Below, in pieces: positions 23,301-34,498 of a stretch of 34,498 nucleotides of DNA; within the stretch, counting starts at the first letter, position 1, and each line of letters begins with the position of its first letter. The notes beneath the pieces are model-generated. The model was not told the origin of the DNA, did not search any database, and saw only the letters and a list, made by a program, of their open reading frames with translations. Both the position numbers and the translations under genes were made by a program. This DNA is from Hyphochytrium catenoides (lineage: Eukaryota > Protista > Hyphochytriomycota): assembly GCA_900088475.1 (NCBI GenBank), contig FLMG01003042.1, positions 1-34,498 on the forward strand, given 5' to 3'.

Positions 23301-26300
23301 TAGGAATCATTATACCTACCGTTTGTCCTAATCTTCCATCTTCGTGCAGGACTTCTGGCGGCACCATTCTGGAAGCTGGTCCTTCTCTATCTCGCGTGGG
23401 TTATGGGCTTCTATGCCTTCGTGGTATGGGGCGCACTAGCTAGCAGTGACATCCAGCAAGATTTCCTGGAATCCCGCCTTTTCTGCAAGAGCGGAGTGTG
23501 CGGCGTGGGCAGCACAGGGATCTCAGGTGATCCGGCGGAATATACGAACACTATCTACGCAGATGTCCAGCCTTCAGATTGGCGAGGATTCCCAGAGTCC
23601 AGCCTCCTCTCCATGATCAACGTCGTGACCTATGCAGCCTTTTGCTTAATTATCGGTCTTATCCTGGCCCTAGGAATGCATGTGATGAGAACTGGCAACA
23701 GCTTTGTGGAAGGCGGTGCACAGAACAATCATCAGGGTATGTAGATAGCCCAGCTTTCCCTCTTGATCTCCTTCAAGTTGCACCCGTTAGCCTGTTTAAT
23801 CCTTTTATTTGCGTGGCCGAGATCATTCCCTCTGTCTGCGAAGTTCGAGGCTATCTGTAGGTACCTAATCTTTGGCTCTAAATCCTCTTTTCCTTACAGA
23901 ATCTGGCCTGGAGTACTTTCACCTTAGGAAAGCTCTAAAAATGTTCCAGATGGCTATAGGTCTGGCCATCGTGGTCTATCTGATTGCGTTCCTCATGCAA
24001 CTTTGTCTCTTCTCCACTGCTATTAAGTACCAGTGGTGGTATGTCTTTGCCGTCTGGCTGCCAAATGCTGTTCCTCCTTGCTGCTTTCTTGCCCTTCAAT
24101 GGTCTAATTCTATGGACTGGCTGAAGACATTGCAGCAGAACCAAGGAGCGGNNNNNNNNNNNNNNNNNNNNNNNNNNNNNNNNNNNNNNNNNNNNNNNNN
24201 NNNNNCTCCCTCTCTTCACGATCCGTCCCTTTGGGACGTACAAGAGGACACTTGGAGCACGACGGGGGAGACAAAAGCTGGAGCAGTGGGCACTGGAGAT
24301 AGAGGGCTCGTTAAGTCTGGAGGAGAAAATGGGCTGGGCAAGAGTACGATACAGAGTGTGCAGTTCTTCATTCCTCTCACTCTTGAGCTTTCGTCCCCCC
24401 TTACCCCGGGGAGAGGTGTCATGGTCAAATGTGAGATCAGTAACCTTTCCTCTGCGGACGGACGGAGCTCCAGCTCTAGAGAGTTGGGTGTGGCGACGTA
24501 TCAGGTAGGTTGGACAGGTTCAATGCGAGCATCGATTAAGCTGGATTGTCAGGGACAGGAGAGAGCGAGAGGGAGTGAGCAAGAGATAGATTCATGGCGA
24601 GATATGCGAGACATTTGAAAATCTAAATCTCCTCCTCTTACTCTTATCCTGAAGGATTACGCTGATGCGGAGTGGGAGAATAATGGATCGACGGAGACGG
24701 TCTTTTCTTATGATGCTGAAAGTGGGAAGTACATCGTGCGCTTCCGGTACCTAGTCGAGGTAAGTCTGTCATCGGTCATTGGCTGCCTATCTCTGTTAAG
24801 CTTTGGCCCAGTATCTTGCTCTCAACCCCGCTTTTGTTTAGCTACTGGCGGTCTAGTCCTCTTCATGATCTAATGCTCCGGGCTCTTGCTCCCTGAGACG
24901 AGCCACTTTTGCTTCGCTTCTTTGGTTTTTGTCTTTCTCTGCTGATCTGCTTCTGACCTGCTTGGTCCTCTCACACGTTACAGGTGATCCGCGGCATGGT
25001 ATCCGACTTTGTGGTGCGCTTTTCAGTGATAGAGACAAGCGAGGTCTCGGAGGAAGTGGACTACAGCTCTCCCAACTCTACAGGGATGAACGAGTTGATG
25101 AGAGGAGGGAGAGACACAGACCCTTCCGACGTTGACGAGGATGAAGTGGATGCGGAAAGCGAGGAAGAGCACGAGCACTTCCTCGGATGCTTCTTCACAA
25201 CCTCAGCCTCGCTGTCCACTGCTGCAAAGGCCCATCAGCCTATCAGAATGACGGCACAGAAGGATAGTTCTGACAAGCAGGACGTTACGGCTGTACTCGT
25301 TGCACAGCCTATAGTGATTGCAAGAAGGGTTAAGCCCGGGGTCAGTGTACCGATCTAGCTCTCAGACTTTCTTTTGTTGTCACTCCTCATTTTTTCTTGC
25401 CAAGCAGGATTTGGGTCGTCTTTGTTGTGAACAGTCGATTCCTGTGAACGCTTTGTCTTGTCTCTTTCCCCCCATCTCTCTCTCTCTCTTTTTCTCTCTT
25501 TCCTTCTCTCTCTCCCCGCTTGCTCGCTGTCTCCTCTGTGATTCCCTTCTAATTGCGACAACGGCCAATTTGATCACCATCATTTCTCTATCAAACGTCT
25601 GTCGTCTGTGCAGCTGTCACCTCTGCTCACACAGTGACCCTCCCTCTACTACCTTCTGCACCCCTAGGCCAACCACATGATATCAAAACAGTTTGCTTAT
25701 GTAGCAGATAGAGGTGGACAGAGGAAGACCTTCATCGTGGAAGAGAACTTGACAGAGTCTGTCTTTGTCAATGATATTCCTCGACAAATCTTAGAGATTA
25801 TCCTCAGACAAAGGGTGCAGGACTATATGATGGCTAGGCACGACCAGAAAGTCTTTGAAGAGTACTTCAAGCAAAGGCTCAACAAAGAGTTCTTCGGTGG
25901 CTTCTATGAGACTCTGATTGACCACATTCAAGTAAGGAACAAAGCGTCGAAGGTTTATTCTCTCTGATCTGGAGATACGCGTAGCATCAACGGCCCTAAG
26001 ACCGACTCCATAATCTTCTGGCATTAGTCTTGGCTTCTCCTCATCGCTTTTTCTTTAGCTTCGGCTCTCAGCAATACTTCTCTTCTAAGCTTCAACTGTT
26101 GTCGTCACTTCCCACAGGACCATGGTGATCTTAGCTCAGTGCGAGCTTGGCTCGAAGATAGAGTCAGAGAAAGAAGAGAGTATGTGCGCGTTGTCAAGCA
26201 AGGCTGCAAGCTGGCTCTGGAGAGAGACAAGAAGGTGGGACGGGACTTGCTTTGAAAGCTAGGGGGGGAAGGAAATAATGAACGAGGAAGAAGAGAGGGG

Positions 26301-28415
26301 AGAAAGGAAAGCATCATTCTGTTGGAATCTCTGTATCTAGCTCAATTCTCACCTTCTTTATGTTGCAGGATGTACTATTCAAGTCTTCGGCTCTGAAAAA
26401 GGATGACGCCGTTCGGTTCCACCCCATCAATCTGCACTATCAGCAAATGTGGGTGGGTCCAGAAGAGTACTATCGGGGTCCAGAGAAGATAATGAATGCC
26501 GAGACAGGTACACGCCTCCATCTTTCTCTTCCTACTACCCCTTAGACCTTTGATTGCAGCTTTAATGCCTATTTGCCATACAGATGAAGTCTATTCCCTA
26601 GTCCCTCAGCTTGGTTGTTCCCAGTTCAACTCTCGCTCCTGTCTTTTGGCTGTCCCTCTCACCTTTTGTCTCTCCGATTCTATTGTCTTTAGGAATCTAT
26701 GACACAGTGACGGTCGGTGCAATGGCCGCTCACGTTTACAAGTTCAAGAATGGAGGCTTACAACGAATGGTGGAACAGGCAGAGAAGCACTACTCGCCCG
26801 ATGTAAGGGGCCAGCGCGCACGCTCTCTCTCTCTCTCTCCTTCTCTCTGCATTGCCCTCCCCCCCTCTCTCCCCAATGTCTGGTATCACCCTTCAGTGAT
26901 CCTAATGCTTGTCTTTCTTTCTCTATTTGACGTTGATCAGGGTCCGGCCGCGTACCCTGATTGGTCCGAGGAAGAACAGAAGCAAGATGACCGCTTGTGG
27001 GAGATCAAGGTGCGCAGAGATGTCTGTGTCACGCAGGCAGTGTCCGCTCTGGTACAATCCTTTGCAGCCAAGTTGGACATAGCGCTCCGACATCACGATC
27101 AGGAAGTAGGGGAGGCGCTATTGAGGCAATGGACAAAGCTGGGCTTCCTTCTCCAGGTAAGATGGAGTCACGCAATGAATACACATAAAGACAGCCCCAG
27201 AGAACGGTCCCCCGTCTTCCCTTTTCCTTGGGGTTCAGTGTCTGCCTTCTGACTGAGCAATGTCACCCTGTCGATCTTACATTCTTCACTGCATTGCCGC
27301 TGCTCTTTTCTTGGCCGTTCTGCACATTTACTAACTTTTTGTAAAAATCATCATCTCTTGCGTCTTCTCTCACTTTGTCCTCTCACTTCGCGCATCTCTC
27401 TTCCTCTCCAGGTGGAGTCTCTCCTCTCCACTCACGGGAAAGAAGTAGGAATGATAGAGGACATGGCGGACGCGATATCGGAGCTCAATCACGTGGCGTT
27501 CTTGCTGCAAGAAGAAGGATCTGTGTCTCCTGAAGACACCGTCTCAAGCCTGACCTTTAGAAACTCTGGCGCCTTAGACGAGGACCTTGGACCGGGAGTG
27601 ATATCTGTGGAAGTCTTTGAAAGCTTTGAGGTACGACTTGTCTATAGGAAAGACTGCAAGAGAGTGAATCTATCGAGGATATTATGCGATGCCACGCGAA
27701 GTCCGCGACAAGAAGCGGAAGCGGGAAGCACCATGCCTTCTTATGATTTACCTTCTGTCTTTTTAACTCTACAGGCCTTCCAAAAGCAAGCGAAGTGGCG
27801 GGGAGACGTTCCTCTCTATCTTACGACAAGAAGACCCAGTCTCAGTGCTTTGGCAACGCAAGGGTAAGGAAAGAAAAACAGAGAGAGAGAGATGGAAAGA
27901 ACGAGCAGCCGGAAGTTACAGCGTGAACCTCTGCCCTTGTTCCCTTGTCGTTCTAACGCTCCTCAAACTTGTTTCTATGTCTCCCTAGATACTTCATTCG
28001 CTTCAAGGTCAGGACTGGCGCGGTCAAGCTGCCTCGAACAAGAGGATGCTTTGTCCGGGTGATGGCGCTTCTCTTCACACAGGTAAGGCAGTGGGCGACG
28101 GATAAGAAGAAGCTGCTACAAGAGTTGGATATAAAACAACGGGAAAGAGAAAGAGAGACTATCACTTGTTTTCTTATCGCTCATCGTTCCTCCTCTGGTG
28201 CCCCACTTCTCCCTCTTCTTTTCTCCTTCCTCAGGGTATCAATGAGATGCAGACAATAGCAAACAGCACGAACTCCTCCTTTACGGAGATCCAAGATAAG
28301 ATTAACGGGAAGAGCATCAAAGTCCTCACGGAATATGCCAGTGGACTCTTCAACTTTTTCTCCAAGGTACGTTTCTTCTCCCTGCCTGTGTCTCCCTCCG
28401 GCAGAAACTTACCAG

Positions 28416-28446
<31 letters not shown>

Positions 28447-29457
28447 NNNNNNNNNNNNNNNNNNNNNNNNNNNNNNNNNNNNNNNNNNNNNNNNNNNNNT
28501 CTCTCTCTCTCTCTCTGTTTATCTCTTTCTCTCTCTCCTACATTTCCTCTACTAGGATCCCCATCCTGTTATAGATCGTACTTTTGATCTTCATCAATGT
28601 TTGGAGAACCTACAGTTGGTCTTTGATCAGACGAAGTTTAAAAAGGTACGACCTGAAGCACGCTTTGCACGTTTCTCTGAGTTCTCTCTCTTAGCTCTTC
28701 CTCTCTCTCCCGCTCCTGCATGATCACTAGTTGCCAGGCGTGCTTGCCTATCTTCTCCCTTGCGTGTGTGATGACCCTTTGCTAACCTTCTTTTTGTCGC
28801 CTGACCCACCTTTCCTGTTGATCTGGCTCATTTTAGACAAAAGCAGTGGAGATCTTGCAGCATGCGTCTGACTTCTGTCGTGAGGTTAACGCTGGTCGAG
28901 TGACTGTCTGCAAGAGCGCCAAAGACAGAACTTCGATGTCCGTTACGCTGGAGCAGGGAAGAATCCTCGTTAGGAAGCATTCCCATCCTGCGAAACTACT
29001 GGCTCAAACCGTGGCAACGATGAGGTGAGAGGCATAGTCTTAGGCAGACGGGAAGGCGTCTAGTACTCAAGAAACAGAGATCCAGAGAATGGGGAAGGCA
29101 CAGAAGCTTCAAAGGACTATAAAGCGGGAGAGCAGGACAGAGAGAGGGAGCAAGAAAGAGAGGGAGCAAGAAGAGAGAGAGCGGACAGAGAAAGAGAGAG
29201 GCATATATATAGAGAGAGAGAGAGCCACGGAGAGACAGAAAGAGGTACAGGGTGTTAATGGGAACAGCCAGGTGAGAGTGTCTAGGCTCACACTCTTCTT
29301 CACGCTTTTATCAATCTACAGAGCAAAGGGCGTCCGAATAGAGAACGCGTACAAGAACACGGGACGACGCTACTTTGCCTTCAATGCTTTCCAGCGGCAG
29401 ATGCTTCCCGAAGAGTACCGCTGTCCACCTGGCACTGGAGGCCAGAACAAGAGTTAA
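20399..29457 (+). CDS. 7TM receptor-like / inositol polyphosphate 4-phosphatase (INPP4-type) fusion protein, ~1,590 aa
   Basis: Exons: 20399 (or 20372)-20600, 20827-20958, 21408-21881, 22161-22345, 22568-23102, 23350-23736, 23900-24504 (spans the gap at 24152-24205, which may hide an intron), 24655-24759, 24984-25340, 25668-25931, 26118-26234, 26369-26507, 26693-26802, 26941-27156, 27412-27630, 27775-27863, 27989-28082, 28235-28366, 28556-28645, 28837-29024, 29322-29457. Signal peptide MASRGRRAFWFVLFGLCLQLLAADLALA. Seven hydrophobic helices at 22810-24105. INPP4 hallmarks: FKSS..K...FHPINLH, YDTVTVGAMAAH..FKNGGL, ESLLSTHGKEVGMIEDM, LFTQGINEMQT, CKSAKDRTSMSVTLEQ, GVRIEN..KN.G...FAFN. Confidence 0.88.
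23103..23349 (+). other. Non-canonical GC-AG intron
   Basis: Donor CCAG|GCAAGA and acceptor CGTGCAG|GA join TM3 to TM4 in phase 1. The nearby GT dinucleotides I checked are in the wrong phase. Confidence 0.75.
24152..24205. other. Assembly gap inside gene 2 (other gaps: 7785-7808, 10004-10013, 28447-28499, 31347-31440)
   Basis: Runs of n, mostly next to microsatellite or pyrimidine/purine tracts. Confidence 0.98.
28909..28932 (+). other. INPP4 catalytic CX5R P-loop (CKSAKDRT)
   Basis: tgc aag agc gcc aaa gac aga act; this is the signature of INPP4A/B-type phosphatases. Confidence 0.95.
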
Positions 29458-30071
29458 TCTTCTTGTTCCCCACCAGTCTTGATTTGCCCCTCTAGTTGAC
29501 TCTCTCCTCTCTCTATCCCTCTCTCTTACTTCACCGCTACCCCTTTTGAACCATTATTTATGCTTTGGTATATTATGGAGCAGCCGCTTCTCAGCTAGCC
29601 GAGCCTGCTATCATATAGAAAGAAACAAGCATCTCCTTTTATTATATAACAAGAAGCCTGAGGTTTTTTATCTTTCTTTAGACACCTGTTGTCTGTGCCA
29701 AAGCCTTTAGCCAGCCTGTCCGTTTTCTGTCTGTCTCTCCTTTCCTTCTCTCTCTCTCTCTCTCCCTCTTTCTCTCTCGCTCCCTTTGTTTGCCTCTCTT
29801 CAGCTCTCCTATGAGCTGTGCATTTAGTGTTTGCCACCCAGATTGCTGCCGTGTCATTTCCCTTGTGCTCTCTCCTCTCTCTGCGCACTTGAAGTACTAT
29901 TCCATGCCATCCAAGAGACGCAAGGACCTGATGTCTTGAAGATGTACATCCCACCTTGCCAAGGACGGAGCCACTTTTGCTACGAGGAAAAGGAGTCTCT
30001 CAGCACTACGGATAGCTTGTAGAGCCAAGAAGAAGGACGCTTCTTTCTTGCGTCTCTTGAAGGCAAAGCTA

Positions 30072-32682
30072 TCAATTCGTGTCTTCCCCTCTCCCACTGG
30101 CAAGCAGAGGCGTTGCCTCACCTGACCGACACGACCATTGGCTATTTCCCACAGAAGGCGAGGAGAAGCCGAAGAAGCTCTTTCTTTTTATCTCTCTCTC
30201 CCTCTTCTCTCCGGCTGGTGTCTCTCCCTCGCTATAACGTGACAGTGAATGCATCAGGAGCATCTTTAGTCCGTACAGAAGAGAAGCGAGAAGGTTAATC
30301 GCCAGTCCTGACCAGAAAGAAAAGCCGTCCATGGTGAAGAGAGTAAAGCCAACCACTATGAGCTTAGGTAAAGTGATGAGAAAGACGCCTGTCCAGCCAC
30401 CTGGGACTTTGTATGGGCGTTCCGCGTGAGGGAGAGAGAGACGAAGCTTGATGAAGGACGCAAACTCGAAGATTAGCTTCAAACAGAGCATCATCATCGA
30501 CGCCTGGAGCAAGCCAAGCAAGAAAGACAGGTGATGAGACGATGAGCAAGGCGGCGAGCTCAAGGAAATCAGCGAAAGAGAACCACCAGGAGCCACTTTA
30601 AGACATTGAGACAAAGGCGCCAGGAGAAATCGTAGATGAAGACGGACTCTGAACAAGAAGGAACTTGTTCTTGTTTGAGGAGAGAAAGAAAGCCAGAGAA
30701 AGAGAAGAGAAAAGAGGGAGCAAGAGGGAGATTGATAAAGAGACAATATCATAGAGAGGGACACGGTGAGAGAGGGACAGAGAGAGAGATGTAAGCCAGG
30801 AGAGAGATGTAAGCCACGAGGAGAAAGAGAGAGAATGTGGGAGCAGTGCCAGAATGAGCCAACAATTATTGTCAGGACAAAGGAGAGAAGATAACAGAGA
30901 AAGTACTTCCGAGGGACAGGAAAGAGGAGAGAGAGGCCTCAATACTGTTCTTACCTGGACCATCTCTTCAAACTCAAAGCCCAGGAGCAGGCAGAGCAAG
31001 ACAGAGTGTGTCACCACACTTACTACTGGGGAGTTATGCTTCTCCCAGCTGATGGCAAAGAAAGAGGGAAGATGTGCTTCCATGATCTCTCTCTCTGTTC
31101 GCTCTCTCCGTCTTCCTCTTCTGCCCCTCCTTCCTCCCGCAAAAGCCCACAGCTGCCTGCTGCTATGGGCCAGTCCCGCGTTGTAGAGGTTGAAGTTCGC
31201 TAGGATAGAAGCGGCGATAACGGTGTAACCAAAGAGAGGAGAGAGCTCAAGCATGAACTTTCCGAAAGAGCCACTATCCCATTGACTGTTGAAGGCAGAC
31301 AGAGAAGAGGAGCGAAGAGAAAATGGGAGCACATCGAGGTAGAGGCNNNNNNNNNNNNNNNNNNNNNNNNNNNNNNNNNNNNNNNNNNNNNNNNNNNNNN
31401 NNNNNNNNNNNNNNNNNNNNNNNNNNNNNNNNNNNNNNNNGAGGAAGGAGAATGAGACTAGCCCTGCAGGCGGCTGCCTCTGCCCGTCCCCCCAAGACCA
31501 CCTGCTGTTTCCCTTCTGCCGTCTCAGAGTCCCTTTAACGCTATATTGCTTCTCACAAAGTCCGTGGTGAGCACACCTTCCTCTTGGGAGACTTACTTCT
31601 CTTTTTCTCTCTCTCTCTCTCTTTCTCTCTCTTTGTTTCTCTCTTGCTCGCTCGTCCCTTCTGTGTGTCTCTCTCTTTTTCTATAGAGCTTGTGCCTCAG
31701 CTCACGTCGCACCTAAGGTCTGGTTGCATCTGAATTCCAACGAGGAGCGGGAAGCAGTAAGTGGCCAGGACCATGATAACTGTGAGAGATGCTCCGCGGA
31801 GGAGGGTGGGCCCAGGATTGTACACCTCACCAGCGAACGAACCCAGAGAGTCCCAACCTTAAGACAGAGTGAGAAGAGGCAGAGAGAGAAAGAGAGAGAA
31901 GAGACGGGATAGTGGGCTGTTAACGAAGGTAAATACCCCCGTCCCAACCACATTGTGCCTCCCTGCAATCTTCGTTTTCGGTCTCTTCTATCTCACAAGT
32001 CTCGCCATCCTCAGAGCTCAAACCTTTCTCCGGCTTCTCTCGCTCTCTTTTGTTGCTCTCTCTCTCTTTTGTTTCTCTCTTTCTTCTTTTTTCTCTCTTT
32101 CTTTCTCTCTCTCTCTCTCCTTCTCCCTTTGTCTGTTCACATTCTTAGTGGCTCTTCCTCCTACCATTACCTGAGAAAGCCCAAAGCATCGTGGACCAGA
32201 AGACGCCCCAGGCGCACTTCTCAGGCACAATGGCCCAGGATGTTCCTCCTTCTTCTAAGCGCCTAAACTCCCAGACGAAGGAGAGAATAAAGGGAAAGAT
32301 GACTGCGGTGGTGACCAGAATGGAAACAAATGACAGGGTTTGCACCCCGAAGAGGTTGAGAACCATCGAGCCAAGGATAACGATAAGCTTCGTGATGACC
32401 TTCCCTGCTGGAGAGAGAGACCCTATACGGAACGGTAGGAGAGGAGGAAGAGGCATAGAGAGAGAGAGAGAGAGGACGGAGAGAGAAGCAGAGAGAGACA
32501 GTGAATGGGAGAGGGCAATAGAGCGGGAGAGAGTCGGTAAACCTTCCGCCGCATGGCTGCGCTTCTTCCCTCCCTCTATTCCTCTAGGCTGCCACCTTTA
32601 CTATCAAGTCCTGTTCTCTACCTCTAAAAGAACACAATGAATAATAGGCTAGAGCAAGAGGTCACATGAGAGGCGTATATAA

Positions 32683-32728
<46 letters not shown>

Positions 32729-32804
32729 GTTCTCTCTCTCGCGCCCTCTCTCTTTGCTCTCTATTCATAGTTCAAAGCAAGAGGTCACATGAGAGGCGTC
32801 GGTA

Positions 32805-32842
<38 letters not shown>

Positions 32843-33764
32843 AGGTCTCGTTCTCACTCTCGCGCTCTCTCTCTTCTTTATTGCTCTCTCTCCCTATCTC
32901 CTGTTGCTTCTTGGTTGCTCGTACCGCAGCCATTCTCCACGTAAGCGGCGACGAGGTAAGGGTAGAGAGCAAGATCTGATACATTGGCCAGGAGTCCGTT
33001 CAGTCCGGACACAAAGCCAGCAAACGATCCAAAGGCGGCTTGCACCCAGATGACGCTGCCTCCGTTCTCAGGGAGAAGAGAAGACAACTCTGCGGTCATC
33101 ATCACCTAAGCAGGAGAGAAGACATCAGCACCGAAAGGAAGAAAGAAAAAGAGAGAAGGCAGAAGATAAAAGAGAGATTAAAGATTGAGAGTCGAGGACC
33201 TGGAAAGGGGTAACCCAAAGCAAATAGATATCGAGAAAGGTGACAGGCTACTGACGGCAAAGGGTTATAAGACAGGAAGGCGGAATAAGGAGAGAAAGAG
33301 GGATGGGGAATGGGAGAGAGAGGAGAGAGAAAAAAAGAGGGAGAGGGAGAGAGAGAAGGGGAGCGGGGGAGAGAGACAAAGGGAAAGGGAGAGGAAAGAT
33401 ATTTGGAACAAAGAAAAGAAGAGCACCCCGAGAGATAGATCACAGGATTTGAAAGAATCAAGGGTACGACCAAAGAAACGCGAGGAACGAGGGCTTCCAC
33501 CGCTTCTCTCCGACCTTCCCATTCTCCATTCTTTCTCTCTCTCTCTCTCTCTCTCTCCCCTCTCGCTCTTCTTTTTCTTTCTTTCCTTACCTGGGGAAGC
33601 ACCCAGGCGATCGGTAGGATAGCGAGAGCGATGAGAGTGTAGAGAGGACCTCCGGAGCGGACAGCGACCTCTATCCCATAAGGACCGCCGCAGACCAGAA
33701 AATAAGCGATAAAGGCTAGCTTTATAACCCCCAAGGGACGGCGATGGTGCTTTGGCGGCTCCGC
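30072..33764 (-). CDS. APC-superfamily LAT/PUT-type polyamine / amino-acid permease (5' end unresolved; probable extra exon(s) at ~34114-34420)
   Basis: Exons (-): 33764-33591, 33105-32925, 32407-32171, 31857-31713, 31285-30955, 30503-30072, together 500 codons with consistent phases. Family motifs: YFLVCGGPYGIE, AELSSLLPENGGSVIWVQAAFG, DLALYP, LWAFSGWDSLGSFAGEVYNP, SSRQL, FIKLR...RPYKVPGG. Confidence 0.88.
32653..32890. repeat. Tandem duplication, 2 x ~123 bp, inside a permease intron
   Basis: agcaagaggtcacatgagaggcgt starts at 32653 and 32776. Each copy is followed by taatctctct(ct)n...gtctcgttctc..ctcgcgc.ctctct. Confidence 0.9.
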
Positions 33765-33937
33765 CTGAGAGAGAGAGAGAGAGAGAGAGAGAGTCTCCTG
33801 AGCAATAAAGAGGTTTGGAAAGGACTAGGAACACTGAAAAATCCTAGTAGAGACGAAGAATGGGACATAGGGAGAGAGGCACCGGTAGAGAGAGAAGAGA
33901 GAGAGAGAGAAAAGGTAGAGAGAGAGAGAGAGAATAG

Positions 33938-33969
<32 letters not shown>

Positions 33970-34056
33970 AAAGGTAGAGAGAGAGAGAGAGAGAGAGAAA
34001 GAGGAGAGAGAGAGACAGAGACAGAGAGAGACAGAGAGAGAAAGAGAAGAGAGAGG
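33765..34056. repeat. (GA)n microsatellite-rich intron with internal duplication
   Basis: (ga)n runs; gaagagagagagagagaaaaggtagagagagag occurs twice (~33893 and ~33953). Confidence 0.85.
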
Positions 34057-34498
34057 TCTGTATCGTGCTTGCCAAGAGAGAAGAGGAAAAGAGAGGGACT
34101 GATCCGGATGAGAAGCAGAGGAAGAAGAGCGCACATCGTAGATCAGCGGCAGCGTATCCTTCAGTCCTGGACTAGCGCGATCATCGGAGAGAAGGACAAG
34201 CTCTGTTCCCCATCCTCGCTGTGTCTTTCTCTCTCTGTAGCCATCTGTGCCTGTGATTTGCTCAGGTCAGGACGAAGTCTCTCTCTTCTCTTCTTTTCAC
34301 CTTGGAGCTCTATGGTCTTGCCTCCTGCTCTGTCGAGTGCTCTCGCTTGGCTCCGTCTCTTCCCCTCTCTTCTCTCTGTCTCTCTCTGTCCCTCTCCTTG
34401 TTCCTCTCTATTTCTTCTGGGCAACCTGTCCTTTTGCTCTTCTCGCGTTCCTCTTTCTATGTTTCTTTTTTCGTATTTCTTCTCCCTCTCTCTCTCTC

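Noticed and set aside
29595-29954. ORF shown as MGCTSS..., resembling a myristoylation signal
   Set aside because: The start codon is GTG, not ATG. The ORF lies downstream of the permease stop and runs into GA repeats.

Overview
Eukaryotic genomic DNA, probably from a protist. It is intron-rich, full of (GA)n/(CT)n microsatellites and has five short N gaps. I could splice three genes by hand, with consistent reading phase. (1) 8238-17671 (+), ~15 exons, ~1,540 aa: a receptor-like protein with signal peptide, Venus-flytrap/ANF-receptor (PBP type 1) domain, filamin-type Ig repeats, Cys-rich repeats and a multipass TM region. (2) 20399-29457 (+), ~21 exons, ~1,590 aa: signal peptide, 16-Cys module, beta-rich ectodomain and 7 TM helices, followed by a C2-like region and an intact INPP4-type inositol-polyphosphate 4-phosphatase (CKSAKDRT). 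This is a receptor-phosphatase fusion; it contains one GC-AG intron and the join crosses one N gap. (3) 30072-33764+ (-): an APC-superfamily LAT/PUT-type polyamine/amino-acid permease whose 5' end is unresolved. The first 6.5 kb is nearly microsatellite-free and appears to hold three heavily decayed CRE-like non-LTR retrotransposon copies around an intact 542-codon orphan membrane-protein ORF with CxxxC repeats. Between genes 1 and 2 lie a probable F-box/LRR pseudogene and a small foldback, MITE-like stretch. Many introns are polarised, with (GA)n near the donor and (CT)n near the acceptor. Domain calls come from motif recognition by eye, not from database searches.
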